Source: Octopus vulgaris (Eukaryota). From it: a stretch of DNA of 64,000 bases. The first letter of the stretch is position 1. Each line of letters starts with the position of its first letter. This document shows positions 40,137 through 52,863 of this stretch, piece by piece. The notes below the pieces were generated by a model. The model was not told the origin of the DNA and searched no databases. It saw nothing but the letters and a program-made list of their open reading frames with translations. Location: contig OX597820.1 in assembly GCA_951406725.2 (NCBI GenBank), forward strand, positions 1,426,001 to 1,490,000, in the 5' to 3' direction. A program made the position numbers and the translations under genes.

Positions 40137-40378
40137 CGGGTGCGCGTGGCTAGTGGTTAGGGGTGTTGGACTTACGATCGTAAGATTATGAGTTCGACTC
40201 CTGGACCAGGCTCTGCGTTGTGTTCTTGAACAAAACACTTCATTTCTCGTTGCTCCCGTCCACTCAGCTGGCAAAAATGAGTGGTCCTGCGACGGAGCAG
40301 CGTCCCATTCAGAAGGGGAATTTCTACGCCATGAAACCAGGGAACCGGCCCTTATGAGCCTGGCATGGCTCGAGAAGG
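40137..40378 (+). mobile_element. tRNA-derived SINE related to family C
   Basis: TGGCTAGTGGTTAGG..GAGTTCGACTCC; tail CCGGCCCTTATGAGCC shared with the 38680 copy. Confidence 0.7.
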
Positions 40379-40663
40379 TCACTTGATGTTTTTTACTAAC
40401 ATTGATGCAGAAGGCTAGAGCATATTTATGGGTACTTGTTTTATATATCCCTAAAAGATGAAAAGTAAAATCGACCTTGCTAGGATTTGAACTCACATCG
40501 TAAAGCCTCGTTACTAAGTACTACAAGCCATTGGACGTGGGGGGTGCTTAGTCATTTCAACAAAAATAACTTTAATGTCATAACAAAAATAATACAAAAA
40601 AAAAAAAGAAAACGTCGCTGAAGTGAGATTTATGTTTACCTTTAACATATAATGGTACCTAAG

Positions 40664-40829
40664 CAGGGGCAGACTGAGCCGTCGGTCAATCGGGCACTGC
40701 CCGAGGGTCCAGAGCTTTGAGAAGTCCGCACACTACATATTAACTCTACTAAAACACACATTCAAAGGGACAGTTATGCCCGGTAAACAGTTATGCCCGA
40801 AGGCCCTTGATATTTTCAGTCCGTCCCTG
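40664..40829. mobile_element. hAT-type MITE (166 bp)
   Basis: TIR CAGGGGCAGACTG / CAGTCCGTCCCTG; perfect 8-bp TSD TACCTAAG. Confidence 0.85.
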
Positions 40830-41269
40830 TACCTAAGTACCGCTTCTGTAAAGTGCTACTGGTGATTGAGTCTACCTCTACTGTATGATACATTAGGAAC
40901 TTTTGCTCCTATACAAAGAAAGCTGAAACGTAGAAGGCAGGCATTCTCCAAATACAAGAATAAAAAGACGATAAGAATTTGCAAATACGGCCGCAAATCG
41001 TTTTAATCTTGACACTGCATACAAATTACAATATTTGTGCAGAGAGAGAGATAAAGGCAGTTTGTGTGCGTTCGTATTCGTATAGATAAGAGGTGGTTAT
41101 GTTTGACCGTTACATCGCTTGGAATCACAGCAGGAAGAAAATACGTCTAATCACTTTGGTTGCGCCGTCCAAATGCTATAGTTTTAATTCTCCCACAATG
41201 CAACACCACGACGTGCACCATCCAGTGGTCAATTGGTTTCAAGGGAGATAACTGTCTACAATATTATAA

Positions 41270-41560
41270 CGTTTAAGTGTTTAAGAATACCTCATCTGTT
41301 TGGTAAGTGTGTTTAAATATTTAAGAGGACTTCTATTATATGATGCATGCTATGACAGTTAAATGTTTGAGTGTACCTCTACTTTCGGGTGACGCTGAAG
41401 TGCTTAAGAGGACCTCTATTCTATGGTGGTTGATACGATGTTTAACTACGTAAGTGTTTACGTGTACTTCTGTTATATGGTGCAATAACACTTAAGTGTT
41501 CGAGTTTGCCTCTTCTATATGATACTCTGGTGTTTAAGTCTACCTTCACTGCATGGGGTT
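41270..41560. repeat. Degenerate ~40-55-bp tandem repeat
   Basis: Recurring AAGTGTTTAAG(A/T)GTACCTCT..TATGGTG motif. Confidence 0.55.
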
Positions 41561-41613
41561 ATGTTAAGTCGTTTGTCGTTCAACACCAGACGAACTCTCA
41601 ATGAACAACGCCA

Positions 41614-41845
41614 CAGGGTGTTCAAAATGTCTCTCCGCAGGGAATTTCTTTCATCCTGCGCATCACCATGGCGCTACTTCAAGAGTTTTTCGGTGAACGG
41701 ATTATTTCGAAGGAACTTTGGCCACCAATATCACCTGATTTAACACCGCCAGACTTTTTTCTGGGGAGCAAGTAAAGGATCAGTATACAAGAATCGCCCG
41801 AAAACCATTAGATACTTACTGCGGAGAGACTTTGTGAACACCCTG
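41614..41845 (+). mobile_element. 232-bp Tc1/mariner-derived MITE retaining the WPPxSPDL segment
   Basis: TIR CAGGGTGTTCAAAATGTCTCTCCGCAG / CTGCGGAGAGACTTTGTGAACACCCTG; FFGERIISKELWPPISPDLTPPDFFL. Confidence 0.8.
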
Positions 41846-42459
41846 TATCAACAATGGAATTCCAACCACAGAAAGATTGTATCCAACATGTCTCTTTAAT
41901 CTAATTATTTATTCAGATTTCAAGACGGCACAGATTTGAGGAAGATTTGGCTGCTATCTTTATTAGATAGATCAATCATGTAGAAGTTCCCTCATTACAT
42001 TGGGTACCATTAAGCAAATCTTATTGCTGTATTCATTAGTGGTAATGTTGTGTTATATACAACTGTTTTGTTAGCTAACAATCCAAAGGTTTAGCTTCAA
42101 GTCATGGCTGAAGCTACATGAATATAGCTTCAATGGAAACCCTACCATGCGTAATGTACAGCTTACAACCAGAGTGGCATGCCCTAGAAAAGTGATATAA
42201 AACTAAGTCTTCAGTTGCTGTTCAAACAAACAAAAGACAACAGCAGGAGGTCTTTCGAATGCTCCTAATTTTTCTCTTTCAGTCAAAATATTTGTCCTTC
42301 CTTATTCTTTAGATTACTTTATCCAAATGAATTAGGTCTCCTAAAGCAATGGAGCATAAGCACTTAAATATTTAAAGATTTCAACCGAACGTTCGTCAAA
42401 CTGGCGGAACACATTTCTCTCCACACGGGACTAATTGCAAAATATGAACTTCGTGTTTC

Positions 42460-42822
42460 CAAGCACATGGTTCCGAGTTCAGTCCCACTGCATGGCACCT
42501 TTGGCAGTTATCTTCTACTATAGCCTCAGGCCAAACAAATTCTTGTGAGTGGATTTGATAGACGGAAACTAAAAGAAGCCCGTCGTATATGTGTGTGTGT
42601 GTATTTGTGAGTGTGTGTGTGTATACATGTGTGTATGTTTATCTCCCACAGGTGTTGGTGTTTTTACATCATCCATAACTTAGCACTTCGGCAAAAGTCA
42701 CCGATAGAATAAGTACCAGGCTTCAATTAAAATGTGCTCTAGTTGATTCGGTCTAATAAAATTCTTCGAGGCGGTGCCCCAGCATGGCCGCAGTCTAATG
42801 ACTAAAACAAGTAAAAGATAAA
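42460..42822 (+). mobile_element. Family B SINE
   Basis: Head, internal (TG)n and tail present. Confidence 0.75.
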
Positions 42823-43326
42823 AGATGTGTGTGTGCGCGCGCGACGAGCTTTCACACAACAGAATTAATTCAGAAGACATTGATCGGCCCGGGCTATAGT
42901 ACAAAGCACTTACGCAAGGTGCCACGCTGTTGGCTTGAACCCGAAACCACATGGTTGGAAAGCCAACTTCCCAACCGGGGTGTCGGAATGCTTGTTGAAG
43001 AATTGGGGATTTTTCACTGGTACTGTGATAGGTCCGAGAACGAAACACGTAATATCCAATTGGCCAGTACCATATTAGGTAACACTGTCAAGGCGCCAAT
43101 TCGTGGACGGGACGCGATTGAGTGCATCTCTGTTCTGTGGTACTCAGATAGGTTTGGGCTACATTCAAATTTAAGGTTGTGACAAAATCAGTCCTGATGA
43201 AAATAGAGAAACACAACTTAAAACAAATATATAAAAGCAGAAATAAATTATACAGATGTACGTGGCTATCTACACCTTGAAACACATCAGTATATACACT
43301 ATATATATATACACTATATATATATA

Positions 43327-43361
<35 letters not shown>

Positions 43362-43369
43362 CATACTCA

Positions 43370-43957
43370 AAGTATGGGGGCTTAGATCACAGGTGATCGA
43401 AACGATTAGCTACGCTAGGTAAGTGCTGTAACGGATTACTGGGGCTCCAAAGTTAGAGCCGAGATTCATAAGATCGTATATGACTTGAGATGTTTGCCTT
43501 GCCTTAATGTTTGACGTTGACAACATCGACATTCCTCTCTGTGTTTGTGAAATCTTGTGTCCCTGCCGTAAGGCTTCATTTCCACACGCGCCAGCTTTAT
43601 TTAATTCGTCCTTAGTCGAAAGACACCTGTTGTTATGTCCTGTTATTATTTTTATTGTATTTATATTTGTGTAACACTGTCCGTTTTTTCCGTCCTTGTT
43701 TTTGTATACATTCGCTGCTTTCTTCTAAGGAATCTAATGCTCTTAGCTTAGTTTTTCCTTGGGGCTGGCCAGATTGGAGCAATCTCAAGTATAATCAGCT
43801 GAAATTGCGAAGATAATCTGGTACTTGACTGAGGAAAGAAAACTTCGAATGACCCGTCCCTGTTTTCTTTGCATCGTCTATCTGGATGTTTTGTTGTCTC
43901 ATTTTTGTATCACTTAACTGTCCGGATGTTTTGCGCTCTTGTCCCGTTTTGTATTTC
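43370..43957 (+). mobile_element. Non-coding T-rich element (putative Penelope-like 3' end) carrying a permuted hammerhead
   Basis: Flanked by TA tracts; composition like the 4480 element; duplicated GGATGTTTTG near the end. Confidence 0.55.
43769..43845 (+). ncRNA. Putative non-circularly permuted hammerhead ribozyme
   Basis: P0 CCAGAUU/AAUCUGG; P3 GCAAU/AUUGC with GAAA 43801-43804; AUC site; P1 UCAAGUA/UACUUGA; CUGAGGA 43829-43835; P2 AAG(AAAA)CUU. Confidence 0.75.
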
Positions 43958-43981
43958 ATATATATATAAATTGTAGTTGTG

Positions 43982-44187
43982 ATCCCTGTGCGGGTGGCAC
44001 GTAAAAAGCACCCACTACACTCACGGAGTGGTTGGCGTTAGGAAGGGCATCCAGCTGTAGAAACACTGCCAAATCAGACTGGAGCCTGGTGCAGCCTCCT
44101 GACTTCCCAGACCCCGGTCGAACCGTCCAACCCATGCTAGCATGGAAAACGGACGTTAAACGATGGTGATGATGATGATGATGATGA
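43982..44187 (+). mobile_element. SINE with RTE-like tail
   Basis: GGTTGGCGTTAGGAAGGGCATCCAGC..CATGGAAAACGGACGTTAAAC(GAT)n. Confidence 0.8.
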
Positions 44188-44289
44188 TATACTATGATAC
44201 TTAGATAGGTTTCGGCCACATTGGCCCAGGCCATAGCTAACTTAATAGCACCACCTGGAAAAGACATTTAGTAATGTATTTTTGTGTCG

Positions 44290-44770
44290 TTATTTTTAGG
44301 CGCCATTGCCCATTCGATTAAAGAGTTGCTGTTTGCAGCAGTATATCCGGGTGTGGGTGGTTTATCCGGAATTTGTTGGAGATATTCATTCAGGAACTTT
44401 CTGAAGGTTATGAAATCTTTTTCCTCCTTTATGTGTTTTGGAATGATGTTAAAAAAAGAGCAGGTCCAGCTGAGGAGAAGTAGTTCTGCCCTTGTGTTGT
44501 GATGTGCTGAGAGCAGGATTTCTGTAGAGGACGCACGGCACGAGGACCACCCCCGTGGGTGGATTTAATAGTGGTACCGATATCATTTGGGCAATACTGT
44601 CGGAACAATTTCCTCATCATACAAGTAATAAAGCGCTCTCGGCGGGGCTGGAGAGAATACAGATTGAGATTCGCGAGTCGATCCCAGTAATTAAGACCAG
44701 ACAGGCCATCAACTTTTATTTTGTTTTGGTTTTTTCGTAATTGATCTCTGGGGTGCTTCAAGCTTTTTAA
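44290..44770 (-). pseudogene. CR1-like LINE ORF2 C-terminal remnant
   Basis: GLNYWDRLANLNLYSLQPRRER...AGPALF. Confidence 0.75.
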
Positions 44771-45074
44771 TATTCTGGTTCAGGGTATGCTCCCATTCAA
44801 TATTCCTGTGGCTAGCTATGATTATTTTACCTATATAAAGCATTTTAAATACCCTTTTGTCTTTATAATTTTAAGCTTGTTTCATTCATTTGAATGTAGC
44901 TTCTCCTTGTTGAGTGAATAAAGCAAATCGGCCCCTGTCCAGATTTTAAGTCTGGTTCTAATTCTATTGGTCTTTTTTTGCCAAACTGCTAAGTTACGGT
45001 GGCGTAAACAACCTAACACCAGTTGTCAAGCGGTGAGGACAAACACATACATACATGCATACATACATACATAC

Positions 45075-45109
<35 letters not shown>

Positions 45110-45160
45110 TACATACATACATACATACATACATACATACATACATACACACATACACAC

Positions 45161-45191
<31 letters not shown>

Positions 45192-45378
45192 TACATACAT
45201 ACATACATACATACATACATACATACACACACAGAAACAAAAATACCCTATTGTTGATGTTGAAATTCCAAAGAAGGAGCCTTGGATCTAGGCTAGAAAC
45301 CGGTTCTTTCTCTATTGGCAGGAAATCTTGAAATAAACTGAATAATGACATACATACATACATATATATTTATGCATT

Positions 45379-45457
<79 letters not shown>

Positions 45458-45769
45458 AGAACTAACCATAAGCGCAGAGTCCGAAGATTGCTTGGACACA
45501 CAAGCCACGTTATATAAATCCGCCTAATTTGAATGTCTTCACAGCAGGAAACTATTAACAGCCCTTATTTTAAATACTGTGCACATAAAATGATATTTAT
45601 CTCTCACCAGATGGAGTGCTTTTTTATTTTTTATCTTTTGTTGGTCTATTAAAATTCACTCTCAAGATATTGGTCAAGCTAGGTCCATAGGAAAAAAACC
45701 TTCTTGGCCGGTGAGGCTGAATTCGAAGAAAGCCGCTCCGCCATGTCTACGCCTTAACAAGTAAATTCT

Positions 45770-46188
45770 TTTCTACTCTAGGCACAAGGCCCGAAATTTT
45801 GGGGGTAGGCACCAGTCGATTAGATAGACCCCAGTATGCAACTGGCACTTGATTTAACGACCCCGAAAGGATGAAAGACAAAGTCGACCTCGGAGGAATT
45901 TGAACTCAGAACGTAAAGACAGACGAAATGCCACTAAGTATTTCGCCAGGCGTGCTAACGCTTCCTATTTCTTTATTGCCCACAAAGGGCTAAACACAGA
46001 GAGGACAAACAAGGACAGACAAAGGAATTAAGTCGATTACATCGATCCCAATGCGTAACTGGTACTTAATTTATCGACCCCCAAAAGGATGAAAGGCAAA
46101 GTCAACCTCGGCGGAATTTGAACTCAGAACGTACCGGCAGACGAAATACGGCTACGCAGCGTGCTAACGTTTCTGCCAGCTCGCCGCC
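45770..46188 (-). mobile_element. Two head-to-tail family A SINE units
   Basis: Core GACCCC(G/C)AAAGGATGAAAG..AAAGTC repeated. Confidence 0.8.
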
Positions 46189-46857
46189 TTGCCTTAGCAA
46201 GTAAATTAACAACTAAACGGTGACGGAGTTTTTTTTTTTTTTTCTTATTGCAAAGAGGAAAACACACCAATTGTTAAGAAGAAAATAAGATTTCAAAATC
46301 ATGAAAGCAGACGACAACTGAACACGGGAAGCCGGATAAAAGAATGAGAAAGAATTATTATAGAATGTTAGAAATAAAGAAAGGAATAAAGCTACAAACC
46401 AATTTTCCGTGCGAATGATTTGCAGGAATGTTTTGTTTTTTTTTGTTTTTGCGTTTTTGTTGGCTTTTTTTTTCTCTTTATATTAGCGGTTTTGTGTCTG
46501 GTTATGTGTGTCTGTGCGTTTGTGTGTGTGTGTGCGAGATTACGTGTGTGTCTAGGTGTGTAGGCGTGTCTAGGTGTGTATGTGAATGTGCAAGTGTGTG
46601 TGTGTATTTGTATGTTTGTGTGTGAGAGAAAGAAAGGTTACGTGTGTCAATGTGTGTAGGCGAATGTGTGTGTGTGTGTGTCCTTTTCCTATTATGTGTA
46701 AGTGTGTGATTTACTGAGTCTTGTTTTTCATTCTTATTTGTATTGTCTTCGTTATTGTTGTTCTTGTCGTTGCTGTTATAATTCTTGCTTTCTTGGAACT
46801 TGTGTGTTGTTGTTGTTGCATCATTAAGAAGAAATTATTTGCTATTATTTTAGTGGG

Positions 46858-46911
<54 letters not shown>

Positions 46912-47389
46912 GGTGGTGGTGGTGGTGGTGGTGGCCAAGTTCCATTTCATGAAGAGGATTTACCTCATATTCTTGACCTCTTTATACTATTTACATTTCT
47001 TTCCGCAGGGTCAAAATCATGAACTGGGAGGTGGGGGAAGTCTACTGAAATGTATTACAATGATTGGGGCTGGCTAAAGCATCGATTTGTGGATTGGCTA
47101 GACGGACTTCCACACAGTTTCCGTTTGCCAAATTCACTCACAAGCTATTGGTCGACCCGGGTCTCTGGTAGAAGATACTTGCTCAAGGGGCCGCGCAATG
47201 GAACTGAACCCGTGACTACATGGCTGGAAAGCGAGCTTCTTAGCTACGCAGCCGTCAGCAAAACTCTTAAAAGTGGTGCTCCAGCGTGGCCGTGGTCCAA
47301 TGACTGAAACCAGTTGAGGAGGATGGAACAAAGGAATGTATCGCAGGTTTGACAAAGTTGTCAGGACACGATATTCTGCACTGTATCTT

Positions 47390-47965
47390 CTATCTTTTAC
47401 TGGTTTCAGACATCGGACTGCGGCCATGCTGGAGCACCGCCACGAAGGATTTATTTAGAGGAACGAATCGATCCCAGTACTTATGATTTTTGTCGGGGTG
47501 GCTTAAGCTTGGTACTTATTCTATCAGAGTTTCTTTTGCCGTACCACTAACTTACGGGCACGTGAACAAACCAACACCGGTTGTTAAGTGGTGGTGGAAA
47601 ACAAACACGACAACAAAAATACACACATAGATATATGCATATACTCTTTTACTTGTTTCAGTCATTTGACTGCGGCCATGCTGGAGCACCGCCTTTAATC
47701 GAGCAAATTGACCCCAGGACTTATTCTTTGTAAGCCTAGTATTTATTCGTTTGTCAAGCGATGGTGGGGGAACAAACACAGACACACACACACATATACA
47801 TGACAGGCTTCGTTCAGTTTCCGTCTACCAAATCCACTCACAAGGCTTTGGTCGGCCCGAGGCTATAGTAGGAGACACTTGCCCAAGGTGCCACGTAGTG
47901 GGACTAAACCCGGAACCATGTGGTTGGTAAGCAAGCTACTTACAACACAGCCACTCCTGCGCCTA
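47390..47965 (-). mobile_element. Cluster of family B SINEs
   Basis: Two tails and one full head ending CAGCCACTCCTGCGCC. Confidence 0.75.
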
Positions 47966-48703
47966 TACATACATACATACATACATACATACATACATAC
48001 ATACATACATACATACATACATACATTCATACATACATATAACGTGTGTGTGTGTGTGTGTTTGTCCCCATAGCTTGACAATCGGCGTTGGTTTGTTTAC
48101 TACACCTTCGTAACAATGCAGTTTGCAAAAGAGACCGATACAATAAGCACCAGAAATAAATAAATATATCTATAACTAAAACATAAGCACTGGGCTCGAT
48201 TTTTTCAATCAAAATATTTGAAGGTTGTGGGACCCAAAGCAGGGCCGCAGTCCAATGACTGAACGAAATTCAAAGAAAACAGACAAAATAATATTACAGA
48301 CTACAACATCATAACAAAGGAGGCAAAATGCAATAAAATTCAATAAAAGTAATAAAAATATTGCAACGGAAGTCAGAAATAAAGATTAACTGCATCTAAC
48401 TAGAAAATTTAAGATTAATCAGGCGATTAGATTTCGCATGATGCTATTTTATTTATCTGGTTTTCATATTCTGTTTTCTTTTCTTGAAAAAAACCCCTGT
48501 TTTTAATTAAATTCGTGTTGTTATTTCAGTTAAAAAACATCGTTTGTAATTTGTATTGTGTTCGTCAGTGAAGAGCCGGAAAAAAAAACATGGCGAAAGC
48601 GAGACTGTCTGGTAAGACGTTTGCTTCCCAACCACATGGTGTCTTCTTCTACTATGGCCTCGGACCAACCCAAGCCTGGTGAGTGGATTTAGAAGACGAA
48701 AAC

Positions 48704-48781
<78 letters not shown>

Positions 48782-48782
<1 letters not shown>

Positions 48783-48958
48783 TAGTTGAAATTTACAGAA
48801 AACAAAATAGGAAGAGAGGCGAAGGAAGAAGAAGCAAGTGTATTAGTTTAATGTTCGGGGAGATTGGAAAAGTCTTTTACGTTTCGAGCCGACGCTCTTT
48901 GAGGGAAAGGAATAAGTGGGCAAAATGTGAAATAACTGAAATAAGTAAAAGAAAAAAC
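48782..48958 (-). mobile_element. Penelope-like 3'-end repeat, HHR core decayed
   Basis: Homolog of the 11400 element; GAGC(GUCG)GCUC-GAAAC-GUA-AAAG retained. Confidence 0.55.
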
Positions 48959-48990
<32 letters not shown>

Positions 48991-49072
48991 GCATATATGC
49001 ACGTATGTATGTATATGTGTGTGTGCGTTTACGTATGTATGTATGTATGTATGTATGTATTATGTATGTATG

Positions 49073-49104
<32 letters not shown>

Positions 49105-49253
49105 CGGGATGCCAGCGCTTTGTGGTGATGTGTATAAATGTAAATACAAACTTGTTGGCAGTTCAAATACGCTTGAGGCATATTCGATCTCGTAAGAAAG
49201 CCATTCGCAGCATTTTATCTCGTTGTAGACAAAATGGTATAAATACACCGCGT

Positions 49254-49308
49254 CAGTCCGCATGCATGCATTTCGGAGAGGTTTTCTCCTCTTCAGCATC
49301 AGAGACTG
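49254..49308 (-). ncRNA. Minimal type I hammerhead motif, probably inactive (G at position 17)
   Basis: Minus CAGUCU..AUG-CUGAAGA-GGAGA(AAACC)UCUCC-GAA-AUGCAU-G-CAU..GGACUG. Confidence 0.6.
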
Positions 49309-49590
49309 GAAAGTGAGGCGCTGCGAACTGACACGAGAGTTAGATGCCTCTTATGATATTTCCGTCATCGTTCCATGCGCGACGGTCTTCTACAAAGTCT
49401 TCATCTACCAAATTCCCTCAAAAGGCATTGGTAAGTCTGGAACTACAGTAGAAGACACTTGTGCAGCCGTGGTATATAAGAAGTTTGCTTCCCAGCCACA
49501 TGGATTGGGGTTCAGTCCCACTGCGTGACACCTTGAGTAAGAGTCTTGTACTCCAAGCTGACCAAAGCTTTCTGAGTGGAAAGAAGACCG

Positions 49591-49639
<49 letters not shown>

Positions 49640-50497
49640 GTTGTCCTGAGTTCGTGTGATTGTTGTAAATGAATGTCATGAATTTTCAATATTCCGCAAA
49701 TACATGTCTGGCCGTGGGGGAAATGTTATTATCAAGTATGAAAATACAGGTAAAAGTTAGGAAGAGTATGCGGCTGCAGAATAATCTGCCTCAATAAGCG
49801 CCGTCCGACGCATTCAAGCATGGAAAAGTGGACGTTAAAATGATGATGATGATGATGACATATTTTAATTGAATTCGGTTCAATTCGTGATCATTCTTAC
49901 AAAAATTCCTTTGTCTCTGATCCTATTCCACTCCAAAAATACTTTTGATACTCTTCGTACTAGTTTTCTAATTATTGGCTGGCAAATATTTACATTGCCT
50001 TTTAAACAAATACTGTCAGACATTATAATACACTATCTACACTCCACGACTCCACAACAAAATTAAATATACATAATATGTACGCTAATTAAAATACTGG
50101 TGAGATTTTTTTCTGCTTTTGTATTCCCGATCTTATTAAATACTTTTAATATAATAATTGTTCGTACTCAGAGCACAATGCCTCATATTTATACAAGAAA
50201 AAGAAAAAAATGTATAACGTTTCTGCCTTTGTTAAGAGCATTATCAACTTAAAAGAGCTGTCACTGAGTATCGAAACTGGGTCGCGGATTTAACTCATCG
50301 TGTGCTTAGCTTAACCTGGGGGGTTTCTGCTTAAAATAGTAACGTAATCTTGGACAATAATTGCAGGTGGGGTGTTTCCGTGTTAGTCACCATTCATGAG
50401 ACAAAAAAGCGAGGATGGGGGTAGGTTTGTTTAATATTCTATCATGAATAAGATCTTATTTAAAAGAATGAAACAGTTAGAAGAAAAATGCTTACAT

Positions 50498-50557
<60 letters not shown>

Positions 50558-50716
50558 GCAAATACACACCATATATACAAAGATAAACACACATACATTT
50601 ACACACAGATACATATACACACATAAACCCATTGATACACACACACACTCAGATACAAACATGCAAATACACGCATACGTACATATATGTGTATCTGCAA
50701 ATATGTATGGGTACGC

Positions 50717-50773
<57 letters not shown>

Positions 50774-50833
50774 CATCTACATACATATATATACATATAT
50801 ATATATATATACATATATATACATAATTATATG

Positions 50834-50864
<31 letters not shown>

Positions 50865-50874
50865 ATATACATAC

Positions 50875-50921
<47 letters not shown>

Positions 50922-51224
50922 CATATGTGTGTGTGTGTGTAAATGAAACAAGCAGAATATCCCCAATAAAGGAGAATCTTAATAACAATTAGTGACATCA
51001 GCAATAACATCAATAAAGCTTCACGTTAGCTTTTATTGGCTGCCTTAAATAACTAAGGCTCGGGCGTTAACCCGGATAAGGGGATTAAGGGGATTAAGAA
51101 ATAGGGCATTTAAAACAACAAAAACAATATGTGCCAAAGGGAATGTCTCTGGTCGCTTGATTTGCTTTAAATAGCAGCCTAATCTCCCACAAACCACTCT
51201 CTATTATCTTATATAAAGAAGATG

Positions 51225-51775
51225 GCCGGTTAGTAGAATTGTTAGAGCGTCGGACAAAATGCCAAGCAGTTTTTCTTTTGACCTCACTATGTGCTGGTTT
51301 CAAATTCGGCCGGGGTCAACTTTACCCACTGGGGTCGATAAAATATTTTGCGTGTCAAATATTTATTTCCCTCAAGGGGCTAAACATAGATGGGACAAAG
51401 AAGGACAGACAAAGGTATCAAGTCGATCATATCGACCCCAGTGCGTAACTGGTACTTATTTAATCGACCCCTAAAGGATGAAAAGCAAAGTTGACCTCGG
51501 CGGAATTTGAACTCAGAACGTAGCGGCAGACGAAATACCTATTTCTTTACTACCCACAAGGGGCTAAACATAGAGGGGACAAACAAGGACAGACAAACGG
51601 ATTAAGTCGATTATATCGACCCCAGTGCGTAACTGGTACTTAATTTATCGACCCCGAAAGGATGAAAGACAAAGTCGACCTCGGCGGAATTTGAACTCAG
51701 AACGTAACGGCAGATGAAATGCGGCTACGCATTTCGCCCAGTGTGCTAATGTTTCTGCCAGTTCCTCGCCGCCCT
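51225..51775. mobile_element. Family A SINE cluster: plus copy 51225-51340, minus tandem 51360-51775
   Basis: Core repeated with ~180-bp period. Confidence 0.8.
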
Positions 51776-51974
51776 TTATCAGTCAAATATTTATGTCGAT
51801 GTAATTGACCCCCTCTACCAAGTAACTGGTACTTGCAATTTATCGACCCCGAAAATAAAGAACAGAAACCTTGGTTAAGGTATCGGTTGGTTTGTCGGGA
51901 TCCTTTCGTCGTCATAGTGACCTCGTTCTTTCCACGACGAAAGGGTTTTGAGAAATCAACTTATTGCATTATTT

Positions 51975-52268
51975 TTGTTTCAGTCATTTGACTACGGCCA
52001 TGCTGGAGCACCGCTTTTAGTCGAATAAATCGTCCCAGGATTTATTCTTTGTAAACCTAGTATTTATCCTATCGTTTCTTTTGCCGAACCGCTAAGTTAC
52101 GGGGACGTAAAGACACCAACATCGGTTGTCAAGCGATGGTGGGGTAACAAACACCATTCACAAGGCTTTGGTCGGCTCGAGGCTATAGTAGGTGCCATGC
52201 AGTGGGACTGAACCCGGAACCATGTGGTTGGTAAGGAAGCTACTTACAACACAGCCACTCCTGCGCCT
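51975..52268 (-). mobile_element. Family B SINE
   Basis: Tail and head present with internal deletion. Confidence 0.75.
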
Positions 52269-52863
52269 ATTCATCAAATTATTGATCGAGTAATCGATTA
52301 GTTATCGGTTAATTAGTTAACTCGTTGGCAAGTGATAAAAAAAACAAAGAAGCGAAATATAACCAGTGCGTGTGGTTTTATATGCAAAATTACCCTCCCT
52401 AAATTAGCATATGTTTCAGCACAAGATTTGACATCAAGAATCTTACAAAACAAATCATGCAGCGTCGCTTATCACTGATTCATTCATCACTGATCAGGAA
52501 TAACACGGTAGGTTCAATTGTGAATCATGTTGCACTTATTACGGATTGATCTGTGATAACACGGGTCGACGATTAATCAATGATTCTGCTTAGACCGTAA
52601 AACAGCACTCCAAGTGCGCCTATTCATCAAATTATTGATCGAGTAATACTGATTAGTTAGTCGGTTAATTAGTTACCATGCTGCGTTGGCATAGTTTCAA
52701 TATGGATTTACATACCCTAACCCATCAAAATGGCACCAGCGAAATATAACCAGTGCGTGTGGTTTTATATGCAAAATTACCCTCCCTAAATAGCATATGA
52801 GTAAAAATAGAAAAGATGAAGAAAATGTGAGAACTTCGTTTTGTAAGCCATGGGTTTAGTGTC

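Noticed and set aside
45255-45320. Hammerhead-like AGCCT/AGGCT-AGAAACCGGTT
   Set aside because: CUGANGA absent; at most a relic
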